The notes beneath the pieces are model-generated. The model saw nothing but the letters and a program-made list of their open reading frames with translations, had not been told where the DNA came from and did no database searches. DNA of 64,000 nucleotides from Nageia nagi (lineage: Eukaryota > Plantae > Pinophyta). The position numbers and the translations under genes were made by a program. The stretch covers positions 74,214,001 to 74,278,000 of the forward strand of contig JBITNC010000001.1 of NCBI GenBank assembly GCA_050084985.1, written 5' to 3'. Shown here piece after piece: positions 52,800 to 64,000 of the stretch. Every line of letters starts with the position of its first letter. Within the stretch, counting starts at the first letter, position 1.

Positions 52800-54600
52800 A
52801 AGGTACCATGCCAATGGGATTGTAGAGAAAGAAGGATGATTAGGTGGAGAAGACTATTCCAAAGACTGCTATAGTAGTTATGTACAAAATGTCTCCATTG
52901 AAATAAATCATGAGCTATTTGATGAAATGCCTCATCAAAATTCATTTGTATGAAACACAATGAATGAAAATGCAATCGACTCATTATCCCATATCAACTA
53001 GTAATTTTTTACATCAAATGTTATGGTTGTACATTCTTTCTTTTGACTTGTACGTAAAAAGAAAGTAAAAGAATACATAAAGTACATGTATGTTTAACAA
53101 AATAAATTATTAATATCTTACCATCCTATAAGTTAAATGTCTTATGTGTTGTAATAAGATAAAAATAGATTCAACAGTGTAAAATAACCCAGTACGTTAA
53201 AAAATACCATCCAAAAAATATAAAATAGTCAGCACTCTCTTATTTTATTACAACTCACAAGACGCATATATTTTACCCCAATCTCTACCAAAGAATAGTT
53301 GAAAAAATGAAGTATATGATAAAATACCTCATGTTTATGGAGTCGTTATGAACAATAGTGTGATACGCACAGAATAGCGTGAACTATTTGATAAAAGGCT
53401 GAGAGTCAAAATAAGATGTCTCAGTCGAAAATTGCACCAACGTAAGTCAAAATTTGCACAGTCGACAGACATGGATAAGTTGGTATCGCAGGAACTTGTG
53501 CGTAGACGGGTCAAATATAAACAACTGCTGATTGAAAATACTTTCATCGCATATAACGAACATGTATACAGGAGGCGCTGTGAATTATTTGAAAAATTAT
53601 GTGATGCACACATTTAAAGGAACGCAGATTGTTTGAAAAACTACACCATCAAAATGCAGTATCATGTAACGCAGAGGTTGCACCGTATAATATTTTTTTT
53701 AAAAGATTCGCTGATTATATTCATGGTCGATGTAGATATTATCTGTTTGGTGAGTAACTGATGAGATTATATGATTCTAAAAATGTGACCAACATAAGAC
53801 CATCGTCTGCAAAACAAAGGAGTAGCACGAAGGCGGCATGGAACTATTCGACAAGATGCAGGATACCCACACCATTTCAGGGACAACAATGGTCGCTACA
53901 TATTCATATATGAAATAGTGAAGATAAAAAGGCCATAAATTATTTGATAAAATGACGATGCAGTTTACAAGGTTGAAAAGATGATTAAGTGCAGACAGCA
54001 GTTTGCACATATATTTGTAATAAGCAACACATAGGTTTAAATTAATAAATGAATCCGCGAGTAATAGGATAAAAAACAGTCTACGAAAAATCAAAATAAA
54101 AAAATTAATATACAAATTTTCATTATAATTAAAATTATTGGTTAGTTTTTTGCAATAATCCATGAAAAAAAAATGAAAAATGATATATAAATGGTTGGAA
54201 AACAGGTATAATCATTCGAATAGCATGTTTTAGAGAGGATTACAGCAATAATGGCTGAAAAACAGGTATATTCTTGATAGATGCAAGTCTACCACATTTT
54301 TAGAAGAGTAATCGAAATCCTTGAACTGGCGAGTAATCGGCAAGTTTTTCAAATAATCGTCGTATTTTTTTATCTATGAGCAAAATATGTGTTGTTGTTT
54401 TGTCCATCCACCATGATCAAGTTGTGTGAGAGATATTCATATCGATATAATAACAACAAAATATATTTCAAATGCAATACCCACAATAGTGAAAATTGGT
54501 GTTATGGATCAAGGTGTTGGGAATAAGATGGAAATATATGGGGAAGCCTAGATACCATAATCCCAGGTAGAGGAACTTTGCATAGGGTAGCAAGCAAAAC
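52800..54600 (+). pseudogene. Highly diverged PLS-class PPR-derived sequence (non-coding mosaic)
   Basis: YHANGIVEKE; YVQNVSIEINHELFDEMPHQNSFV*NTM; RELFDK; CELFEKLCDAH; RRLFEKLHHQNAVSCNA; MELFDKMQDTHTISGTTMVATY; HKLFDKM. These resemble the PPR consensus ARELFDKMP..NVVSWNAMIAGY but lie in shifting frames. Confidence 0.75.
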
Positions 54601-55399
54601 TTGAAACCATGATACTATTAAGTCATTCAAATTAAGGAAATTCAAACTATGGTTGTTTACTGAATCACAACACATGAGAATTGCTAATCAATCCTTTATT
54701 AGGACTACTAATTGATCCTTTTTCTTGGAGAACCAATAATTGGCGGATTTGTAATGGATGCCATTAAAAGTACCAACAGTTGTTAATATAAGAGTACTGA
54801 TAGTTTTGATTGTAGGTTGGTGCATGATCTTAAAAGGAGGAAAAATATGTAATCTAAATTAAAAGCAATTCAGTCTCTTTATCTCTATAATGAGAAACGA
54901 AGAAGGGAAATCATGAAAAAATAATCAAATGATAAAAGGAAATGGTCAATCAAATTAAAGTAAGAGAACCAAAAGATGTTAAAAGAAATGAAGGCAGTTA
55001 TTCAGTGGGTAATTATCACAAGTGGCATTGAAAGAAGCAAGTTAGAGAAGTAACAACTTATTGGAGGAAATAAAAAGAAAAATATTTGAATCAATAGAAT
55101 CAACAAAGCACTATGAATTGTTAGGAATACATACACACATAATGTCCCAAATTTCGAGAGATATTATAAAAGGCATAATTTATGCCACAAGCCATGGATT
55201 GATGATTCATCTTCTGAAATGGAAAATGCATATTTTGCCATTCATTTTGAGAGATTACATAAAGGGGCTTCATTCATAAATGAAAGAGATATTGCACTTT
55301 GAAGTACTTGACCCAAAATTCTACAATCGCACATGTGGAAATTCATAATATTCTTCCCTTATTGAGGATTAATCTATGTCTTATCACTTTCCTAGGGAT

Positions 55400-58300
55400 A
55401 TGTAGGCATAATTGATTGTATCTAATTAGGAAACTTTATGTATCTTTTGATAATAATAATGTATTAATTAATGCTCACACTTGTAATGATGTATTAGTGA
55501 GACCTAGAGATAGGAGACTTATGGATCCAACAGATCAATTATGAGCCTTAATGTGGTACATATCCCTCCTTGAGCTAGTAAGAAGTGTTTAGTAGCATTT
55601 AGATATATTTCTTACATTGTAATTGATTATTGAGATCCTAAAAAGTGATAGTTGATATCTTGAGGAGCTTATAGATGATACTTTGCATATTTGGTTATTC
55701 ATTCATCTTCTACTTGGAATTGATCACAAGTTATTATCTTGTATTTGATTAGGGAGCCTAATCAAGCTCTTCGTACCCTAAGGAAGATCGAAAATCTCAT
55801 CAAGCTTTCATTCCCTTGGTGGAGCCTCATTAATCTCCTACTAAACTTTTTGAAGACTTTCAACATTTAGATCCAAGAGATAGAAGCCCTAGCAGTTTGA
55901 TATCAACCTTAGGAAGTGAAGTGGAGTTCATGGGAGCATCAGTTCTAGCCAATAAGCCAGACATCTATACCATTAGGAAATTTGTGCTTCATGTTTAGGC
56001 CTTAGAGAAGGTCATCCATCCTTAGAGGACCCTTGGAAGTCATTTTAGCATTGTACTTTATTATTTGAGCAATATAAATTTTAGATCTAATTTCTTAATA
56101 TTTATACTTGGTGTTTTCTTGAGTTTCTTGTTGTAATTTATGTGAATTACTCAGTTTTATAATTTAGAATATTACAAATATTATCAAAGCTTGGATCATG
56201 CCAACTTATGAGGATGGAAAGAGGAGGATCTCATAGCAAGAGGAGATCATCTAGCCTCAACATAAGAACAAACAAGAAGAATTTTGATTTGTTGATTAAT
56301 TTGTTGACTAAATTTGTAGTCATAACTCAACCACAAATTACCCTAAAAGAAAATTTGGAGATACCAAAAAAGAGGATAACTCATGATATCTCACCAGACC
56401 TAGAGGAGAGGATACAAACAAATGTTTTGAGATTTGTATCTACACAAAAATGAGATCTAGGAGGAAAAGAGACCTTAGTACATAAATTAAGATTTGCAAG
56501 AGATCTAGAAAAGAAGATAGTTTGGATGACCAACTCTCACCTTTACCTTGGTCCTCCAAGCCCATGTCATGATAAGAGAAAGATGATGATGAGTATTTCA
56601 GAGATATGGTTACATTAAGGCCAAGGGACTCACTCAAGTCCTACATTAAAAAATTTAATAAATTGCAATGATGGTGAGTAATATTTCAAATAAGAGCATG
56701 GAATTCTTTTACATGAAGGTTTTACTTTAGCCATTTAATGGGATTATTATTTTGTTTTCACTCAGTTATCTCCAAGATGCAATCAAAAGAGTTGTAACGT
56801 TAAAGCCATCACACATGGGACCTAGATCTACCTCCTCACCTAGATCTAAGTCTTTTGAGAGAATCCATGAGCCAAGGGAGGGTTCATCCCACCATGGAAG
56901 ATAATATTCTCTTCAAGGAAGGAAGGAATCAACAACTAAAGAGGAATGACCATCATAAACAAGGAGAATGGAGGAGGGCACAAAGAAGGAAGAAGAAGAA
57001 TTCAAATCAAAAATTGAGGAAGAAGAAATTATGTTGCCATATGAGGTATATTTGGTAGAGTCACAAAATATTTCTTTTGAATTACATACACCTACACATG
57101 ATAAGGATACATTTCATTAAGATGACATTGCCCTACCAAATAATAGTTTTATGGAAGAATCTTAAAATAATAAAAAATAGAGGTATTAACCTTAGTGGGA
57201 TGGATGTGAGTGAAAAGAAGCATGATAACGGTGAGCATAATAAACTTTCAAATTATTCCATGATTATTTCAATAATCATATGTATGGTGAATATTGGTTT
57301 GATCTCCAAGAAAAGCCTATGGATAAAAATAGAAATCAATAGATTCTAAATCCATGGGATCCATGCGCTTTAGCACCAAGAAATGATGAAGATATAATAG
57401 GAACTACTAATAAGATTGTTGAAAGGCATGAGGGAATATGTGCATTAAATTTAAGAACACATTATTTTTTGTTCTACTACAAGGAGTACCCATTTAAGTT
57501 TGAAAATAGGAAAACATATCCATGAACCACATCATCAAAGTACCTAATATCAGACATAACAATTGCATGCATATCATGGTTGATGAATCGAATGAACTTT
57601 CCTAATTCGTTATTATTATTTTCACTTTAACAATTATACAAATAACTGATCTATCTTCTACAGTGATGTTTTATTTTCATGGCATGCATGGGAACATGGT
57701 GAGTAATAGAGGCCCAACAAGTTTGAGGTAGATTTATGTGTTGAAAGGGCAAATTTAGATTATCCTAGTAAGGTATTTCTTGTAATGATGGTTGTGGTTG
57801 CAAATGCATGAAATCCTATTTGTAAAAGAGAAGTTTTTAGGACTAAAGGTAGCTATGAGAACATATGAATAAGGGAGAGGATTGTATACTTATTGGTTAT
57901 TGAGACTTCATTTTTAACAATTTAGGAGGTTGTATTCATAAGGAGACAATAGGCTGAAGCTTATACTGAGGGAAATATAAACTTCATAATGATTGGAATA
58001 ACTATAAGGGAAAGGTTTATGGTTGTAGTTAGGGTGATAATTTGGATAATATTTAGGACTATTTTCTTGTAGAGTCTTGGGATTGCTTCATTGGGGACAA
58101 AAGGGACAAATTGATGAAGGACATTGGTTGTATCTTTTATGGATGTCTAGAGGGAATCCCTCACCTTTTTGTGAATTGTGGTCACTAAGTTTTATATGTT
58201 ATCCAAGACTATATTTATTCCACTATTTGAGATTATTTTTAAGATAACCAAGGGCTCCATCCTCTTGGCATTGAGAGTTATTGGGTTTGATCTTGGTTTT

Positions 58301-58960
58301 CTATCCAAGGTTGTATCTTATTAGTTTTGGAAAGATATTTAATTATTTTCAAATATTGTATGGAGAGATGCATCCATAAGCATATTTTGAGTATAATTTG
58401 ATGTATACTTTGGGGTTATTTTCTTTATGAAAGGCACTATGATAATTAAGACTAGTGCTACTACAAAACATGTCTTCATTGATTGGAATTTGTATGAAAG
58501 TTTGGTCTACATAATGGATATATATCAAGCATGTATGGATGGTGATACATGAAGGATTATTAGTTATAAAACATGTAGTTATTCTTATGTTGATGGCTTC
58601 ATATTGCATTAGACTTGAGACTACTGTTTGGGTCATCGTTAGAGTTGCACTTAGTTCATAGTTTAGATAAATGCTAGAAACATAAGGATGTTGATTTTTT
58701 GGGTGATGAATATTGGGAGAATTAATCTAGGATTCATGAAGTTTGTGTTGGCTTCTTTTATCATATTAGTTTTGTTATCAAGGAAAATAATGGTAAAATT
58801 ATTAGAAATCATTATAATTGGCTTGTACATCAAAAATATAATTACGAGAGTACCTTTGAAGATTACTAAGGCTAATTTGGGTTTCAAAAGAGAAGTTTAA
58901 AAATATCTAAAAAGTGGTTATTTGATGAAGAAAATAGTAAGAAAATATACAATAGTTAGG
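55400..58960 (+). mobile_element. Degenerate Gypsy element: LTR, PBS, gag and deleted pol
   Basis: LTR-like segment 55400-56176 (tgtagg...attaca); PBS-like tatcaaagc at ~56182-56190; LRPRDSLKSYIKKF gag motif (~56615); integrase-like remnants 58130-58800. Confidence 0.55.
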
Positions 58961-60279
58961 AAGCACAAGGGACCGCACCAATCCATAAGGGATTATGATC
59001 TTGTTGTATATTTTTAGTTACCCCTAGGATAATGTAAGTAGAACTATGCAAACATTTGCATGCAATAATTTGCAGATAAATAACTAATAGGAATACAATA
59101 ATCTAAGATAATTGAATAATAAAATAATGTATAAATGAAGTATTCAAATTATTAGATCAAACCTAATGCCAAATAATCCTAAGGAATGAGAGATTTAAGA
59201 ATGATAAATACCTATCACCTTATATGGATGTTGAAGGTATGTGCAGATAGGAACTAGTCATGGATAAATGAACTTGATATACAAACTCCACATCAACAAC
59301 AGATAGGAATACCAAAGTGGGTGCATACAAGAGTATGGATGTGGAACTCATAAAAGTTAGCATAGATGCTAAAGGGAGTACGAATGCTAAGATTATAACT
59401 AGTAGAGTCTGTAACCAATACCTAAACAACAATATGATAATGATAAGCCTAATCTAGCATATAGTATTAGAGTAAAAGAATGATAGTGGTTGTGTGATAA
59501 TTAAATCTCTATCCCAATAGGCTATGTTCAGAAACACCTTGGAAGATAATAAGCATGGGCATATTAGCAAGAGATCTAATGATGAACCCATGTGATATCT
59601 TACCCATATTATAGGAAAGTGTACTCCTTAACAGAACATCTTGAGGCTAGCACTGATGTAGGGGTACCTGTAAGAATAGAAAGACACCACATGAGTAATA
59701 TTCCATAATGGGCCAATATAACATATTACCATATAAATGACTTAATAATATGATATAAGATTAATATAATAAATTACCTAAGTAGGGACACCTTTGGGGA
59801 ACTAAATTTAGGTGTCAACAAATACCTCACTTTGCAAGTATAATGAGAATGAAACATTGAAATGAAATTATACTTGTAAAGGAAGTAAATAGTAAAGAGA
59901 AGAAAAAACTTGATAGTTCCCTAATTTACTTGTAGATATGTCAAATCATCAAGGAATGATGTATATTGCCCCCTCTTTACCTTGGTTGTGATATGGAATT
60001 GCTTGAATAAAGTAGAATCAACCAAGAGCAAAGAATAAAATTTGCAAATGAGAGAGATAAAAATACCAAACTCCAAGAATATATGTGATGGGTAACTCAT
60101 AAAATATATAGCAATGATAGTAGGAGTAAATAATCATAAAATTTTATCACAAATGATATAGCAAGAAATACCAAGGATGATATTAATAAAATATGCATAC
60201 ATCATCTTAAGAGCACTAAATATTCCATTATTAGATATATATCATCACATAAATACTCATTTCTCATTATTAGATGCAT

Positions 60280-61050
60280 ACATACAAGATCATAACAAGG
60301 TGTGTCAACATATTCATGGGGTACATGCCCCATTTCTATATGTAAACACATTATATTATAATAAAATATACTTACATCTTCATAAGGTACATGCCCCATT
60401 CCTATATGTAAATATATGATCATAAAGTAAGATATGATGATTAATATTCCAACCAAAAAAGGAGACCATAAAGAGTGTTATACATAATTATGTGGTGCAA
60501 ATGCCCCATTCCAAGATGCAAACAAGATATGCCAACATCATCATGAGGTACATGCCCCATTACTTAATGCAACACAAGATATGCTAACATCATCATGAGG
60601 TACATGCCCCATTACTATATGCAACATATAATCATTAGGATATACAAAGGTTATGGTTAGTTTAAACCCAACCAACAAATATGATCATAATAATAGTGAA
60701 GGTTAGTTTAGACCCAACCAAAAAAAGTGACTCAAAGAAATAGTGATGGTTACTTTAGACCCAAAAACCAAAGGTGACTCAAAGAGATAGTGGAGGTTAG
60801 TTTAGACCCAACCAAAAAAGGTGACTCAAAGCAATAGTGATGGTTAGTTTATATCCAACTAACAAAGGTGACTTCAATATGATTAATTTGTTTCCCAACC
60901 ATGCATATTATTATAGTACTAGTGATAATGTGGCCATTAAATTCTTGATTGGTTTAGTCCCAATCAACAAGCTAACCCAAAAAAATGATTGGTGTAATTC
61001 CAACCAAGTGATCATAAAATAGTGATGGTTACTTAACATCCATCCAACAA
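60280..61050. repeat. Two tandem arrays in a retroelement 3' region
   Basis: (g)tacatgccccatt about 5 times (60320-60613); ~40-bp unit tagtgatggttagtttagacccaaccaaaaaaggtgactcaaag 5-6 times (60650-60880). Confidence 0.85.
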
Positions 61051-62979
61051 GGATATCATCAATCAAGCAATGTGGTATAGTAATAACAAAGCATGGTAAA
61101 GCAAATAGTTTATATATATTTATTATACATGTAAAGAAATAAAGCAATATGATAATAATCATGATATCATATTTATCAAATAATTTTGATAAAGTAAGCA
61201 TTTTACTAATAAAGCATATATGTATTTGACATTAGCAAGAATATGATCATAAAGAGATGATCTTGTTTTGGTCATTTATCTTGAGATATGTAATATTGCA
61301 TTAAGTCATTTATCTTGATGAGGTCCTTTTTAATAAACCAAGCTTGGAACAATCATGATTATCAAGCTGATGAGAACCTTTTTAATGAATCAATCTTGGA
61401 AAAACATGTAATTGATAAGAAATTTTGCTCATGGACTGACCATGGCCTTGAAAATATTTGTTACCATTACACTGAATAAATTTTTTTAATTCCCATGAAG
61501 ATCCCAAATATTCATTAGCCTTACATATCAACATTGCATGTCTTATCATATTGAATTGCTTGAATTCATTAATTTTCAAAGCAAACCTATGCCATTGACT
61601 ATGTGATTTTCATAAAATTTGGCAATCACATATTTTGTAGTTTTAGTCATCATTTCTATATCAATGCATATTTGTGAAATAATGGTATTTTCAAGTAGAT
61701 ATTCAAATAATTTGTAACATGCCCCATTTTAAATAGATTCATAATAAGAACATATCATTAGCAACATGTAAATAGTCATATTAGATATGTAAATTTTAAT
61801 GATGATCGATTGAAAGCAAGAAATAATATTTTTCCTCATAAAATCATATAATAATATTTACATATTGTAAAACATGTATATGAACAATAACTTAACAAAT
61901 TTTGACCTTATATGCATTTTTCTATGCAAGAATCACATGATCATGATAGCAATTATTTTAATCCATTAGAATTATGATAACATGATCAACTCTTGAAAGA
62001 ATCCATAATTTTGCTTTATTCATGTTGTTGACAATGTGAGAGTGATGGAATTAAACTTTATGAAAAATGGCACATTCAATTGACATCAAAAAGTAGTTAT
62101 TGAAATATTTACCATTCCAAAATTATGCATCTATTTAGGGATAAGAAATTGATACATTTATTTAACTAAACTCAATTTTTTCATTTTAAAATCTCCATAT
62201 TTTCATCACATAACATCTATTTTATACATCTAGTTGGAATTAGTAAAACTATCATTGAAATAGGGCACTTAAATTATTTACTAAATTTGCATAAAGCACA
62301 CCACTAGTGGTGTCTATTTAGTATTAATAATCAATAAATATTGAACATTATCAATTAAAGCATTATTGCATAATATTAACATTCAAACTCACCTTCTTTA
62401 CCATTTTGAACTAGCATGGAGTGGATTGAACCTTAATTTCATGTTTGCCATGTGGTTGATGGCATGAATGCAAAATAATTGGTTTTTGAAAAGGAAGTAT
62501 ATGATAATTGAAATATTTTTCTACATTTGGCACACTTGAGACATCAATTTTCAGATGTGTATGTTATCATGCAAAAAGGGAATTCTTCCAAGTAGGATTA
62601 GGTCAAAATTTTGAATAAAAGGGTGGATCTAAAATGTTGACTTATCATTTTCACTATGCTAAGTTACCATCAAAGCTCTGTGCTGATCATTTGACTCTTT
62701 TCTATATAGTGATTCAAGCTAGCTTAGTAACATGATGGATCAAGATTGACATAGTATTGACAGGCCCATGATATGACAGAAGGGTCATGTTGTGGAGTAC
62801 CTACACAACTTACCATTTAAGCATGCAGTGAGGTTTGTGTAGCACTTCATTTTACAATATTTATTTTAGCCATTTTGACCTTTTATTTTATAGTTAATTT
62901 TAGGTTTTAATCAAATTTTCTTATGAAGTTTGGGTTCTTGATTGCACAAGATCACAAAATTATTATTAAAGGTGGACCC

Positions 62980-64000
62980 ATGTCGATAGTGGTACTAAAG
63001 AAGGATAGGTAGTGGCCAAGAATAAACTATGAGGATAATATTTTCATGAGATCTAACCTAAATGGTCTAGCTATGGTTGAGCACATACAACATGAACTGC
63101 CTCTTTTAACTACATTAATACAGAAGTGGGATCAAGATACCAACACATTTCACCTACCCTATGTGAAATGATCATCACCTTTTTGGATGTGTATAAAATA
63201 TGGGGGATCCCTATTCATGGATGGTTAATGCACCATGTAGATATTAGGAGTAATGATGATTAGTAAGCTTTGGATACATGGTTAATTAAGAGGGAGACCA
63301 TGATTAGGAACATAGGTTGTCCTATTTATTTGAGGCATGTAAGTTTACCTCTCCTACTAGGCATTTGAGGCTTTTGATTACCTCCATTATATTTACCTAC
63401 TTATGCCCAAAAAAGGAGCAGTTCATCTTTTCCATTGGGTATTGTGTGGATTGTTCAAGATATTTTTGATAGGGGAATAAGGTATGCATGGGCTCTTGTT
63501 GCATTAACACAACTTTATAAGGATTTGCATAATATTTTAATGTAGATAAGTTTAACATCACTATTACTCACTCCAACTTACTACAAGTGTGGGTGTATGA
63601 GAAGATATTTGTAATCTAACCAATTGGGCTATAGAGAGTGAAGGAGGATCCCTTAGACATTGCTTTGACTTGCTAGGTATCAAAATTACATGGGTATAGA
63701 TACCCATGAATACTAGAGGCTAGGATACATGATATTGACAAGTTACATCTAGAGGACCTAGTATGGGTCTCCTATGTTGATTATGTTCAGGAGGAAGATG
63801 CACACCAACTTGCATGGGTAAGGCAACCATTCTTTCTCCAGACTAAGAGAAAGCTTGTAGAGCCTTATTTACCATAATGAGTACTAAGGCAGTTTGGTAT
63901 ATGATAGGATATTTCACCTACTTCCATTTATTACATTAGATGGATGATCAAGGTGAATGTCCCCCAAGGGAGAGATATTATACTATCCTAGAGTATGACA
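62980..64000 (+). pseudogene. Decayed plant mobile domain (PMD/MAIN-like) ORF, probably part of a minus-strand Gypsy element with an LTR boundary near 59820
   Basis: LLTTLIQKWDQDTNTFHLP / CEMIITFLDVYKIWGIPIHG, RYAWALVALTQLYKDL, LLQVWVYEKI, RVLRQFG. Stops and frameshifts present; runs off the window. Confidence 0.85.

Noticed and set aside
53260-54420. Endogenous virus or horizontally acquired convergent ORFs (53432..53617 +, 53777..54163 -)
   Set aside because: The recurring LF(D/E)K(M/L) and ..VS(W)N motifs are better explained by PPR origin. No viral hallmark seen.

Overview
AT-rich, strongly CpG-depleted eukaryotic DNA that reads like a large seed-plant genome (probably a gymnosperm; this is inference). 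Most of the window is nested, decayed retroelements: Copia, a SIRE-like Copia, a full-length chromovirus with both LTRs and TSD, a Tat/Ogre-type Gypsy with G-patch, extra RNase H and antisense plant mobile domain, and LINE pieces. Four CpG-retaining islands stand out. (1) A dynamin DRP4/Mx-like pseudogene fragment, followed by a near-perfect 164-nt hairpin and preceded by a MULE-like element carrying a tRNA-type Pol III promoter. (2) A 2495-bp LTR element with identical LTRs, perfect TSD, PBS and PPT, whose only long ORF is a capsid-only Gag (no zinc knuckle) fused in frame to the tail of a chromodomain, with all of pol missing. (3) An intronless GIL1/DUF641 gene split by a single frameshift in an A7 run. 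(4) A non-coding mosaic of short PPR 'ELFDKM' motifs, one of them inverted, a candidate TAS-like/PHAS locus. All calls come from reading motifs by eye; no searches were run, and boundaries of old elements are approximate.
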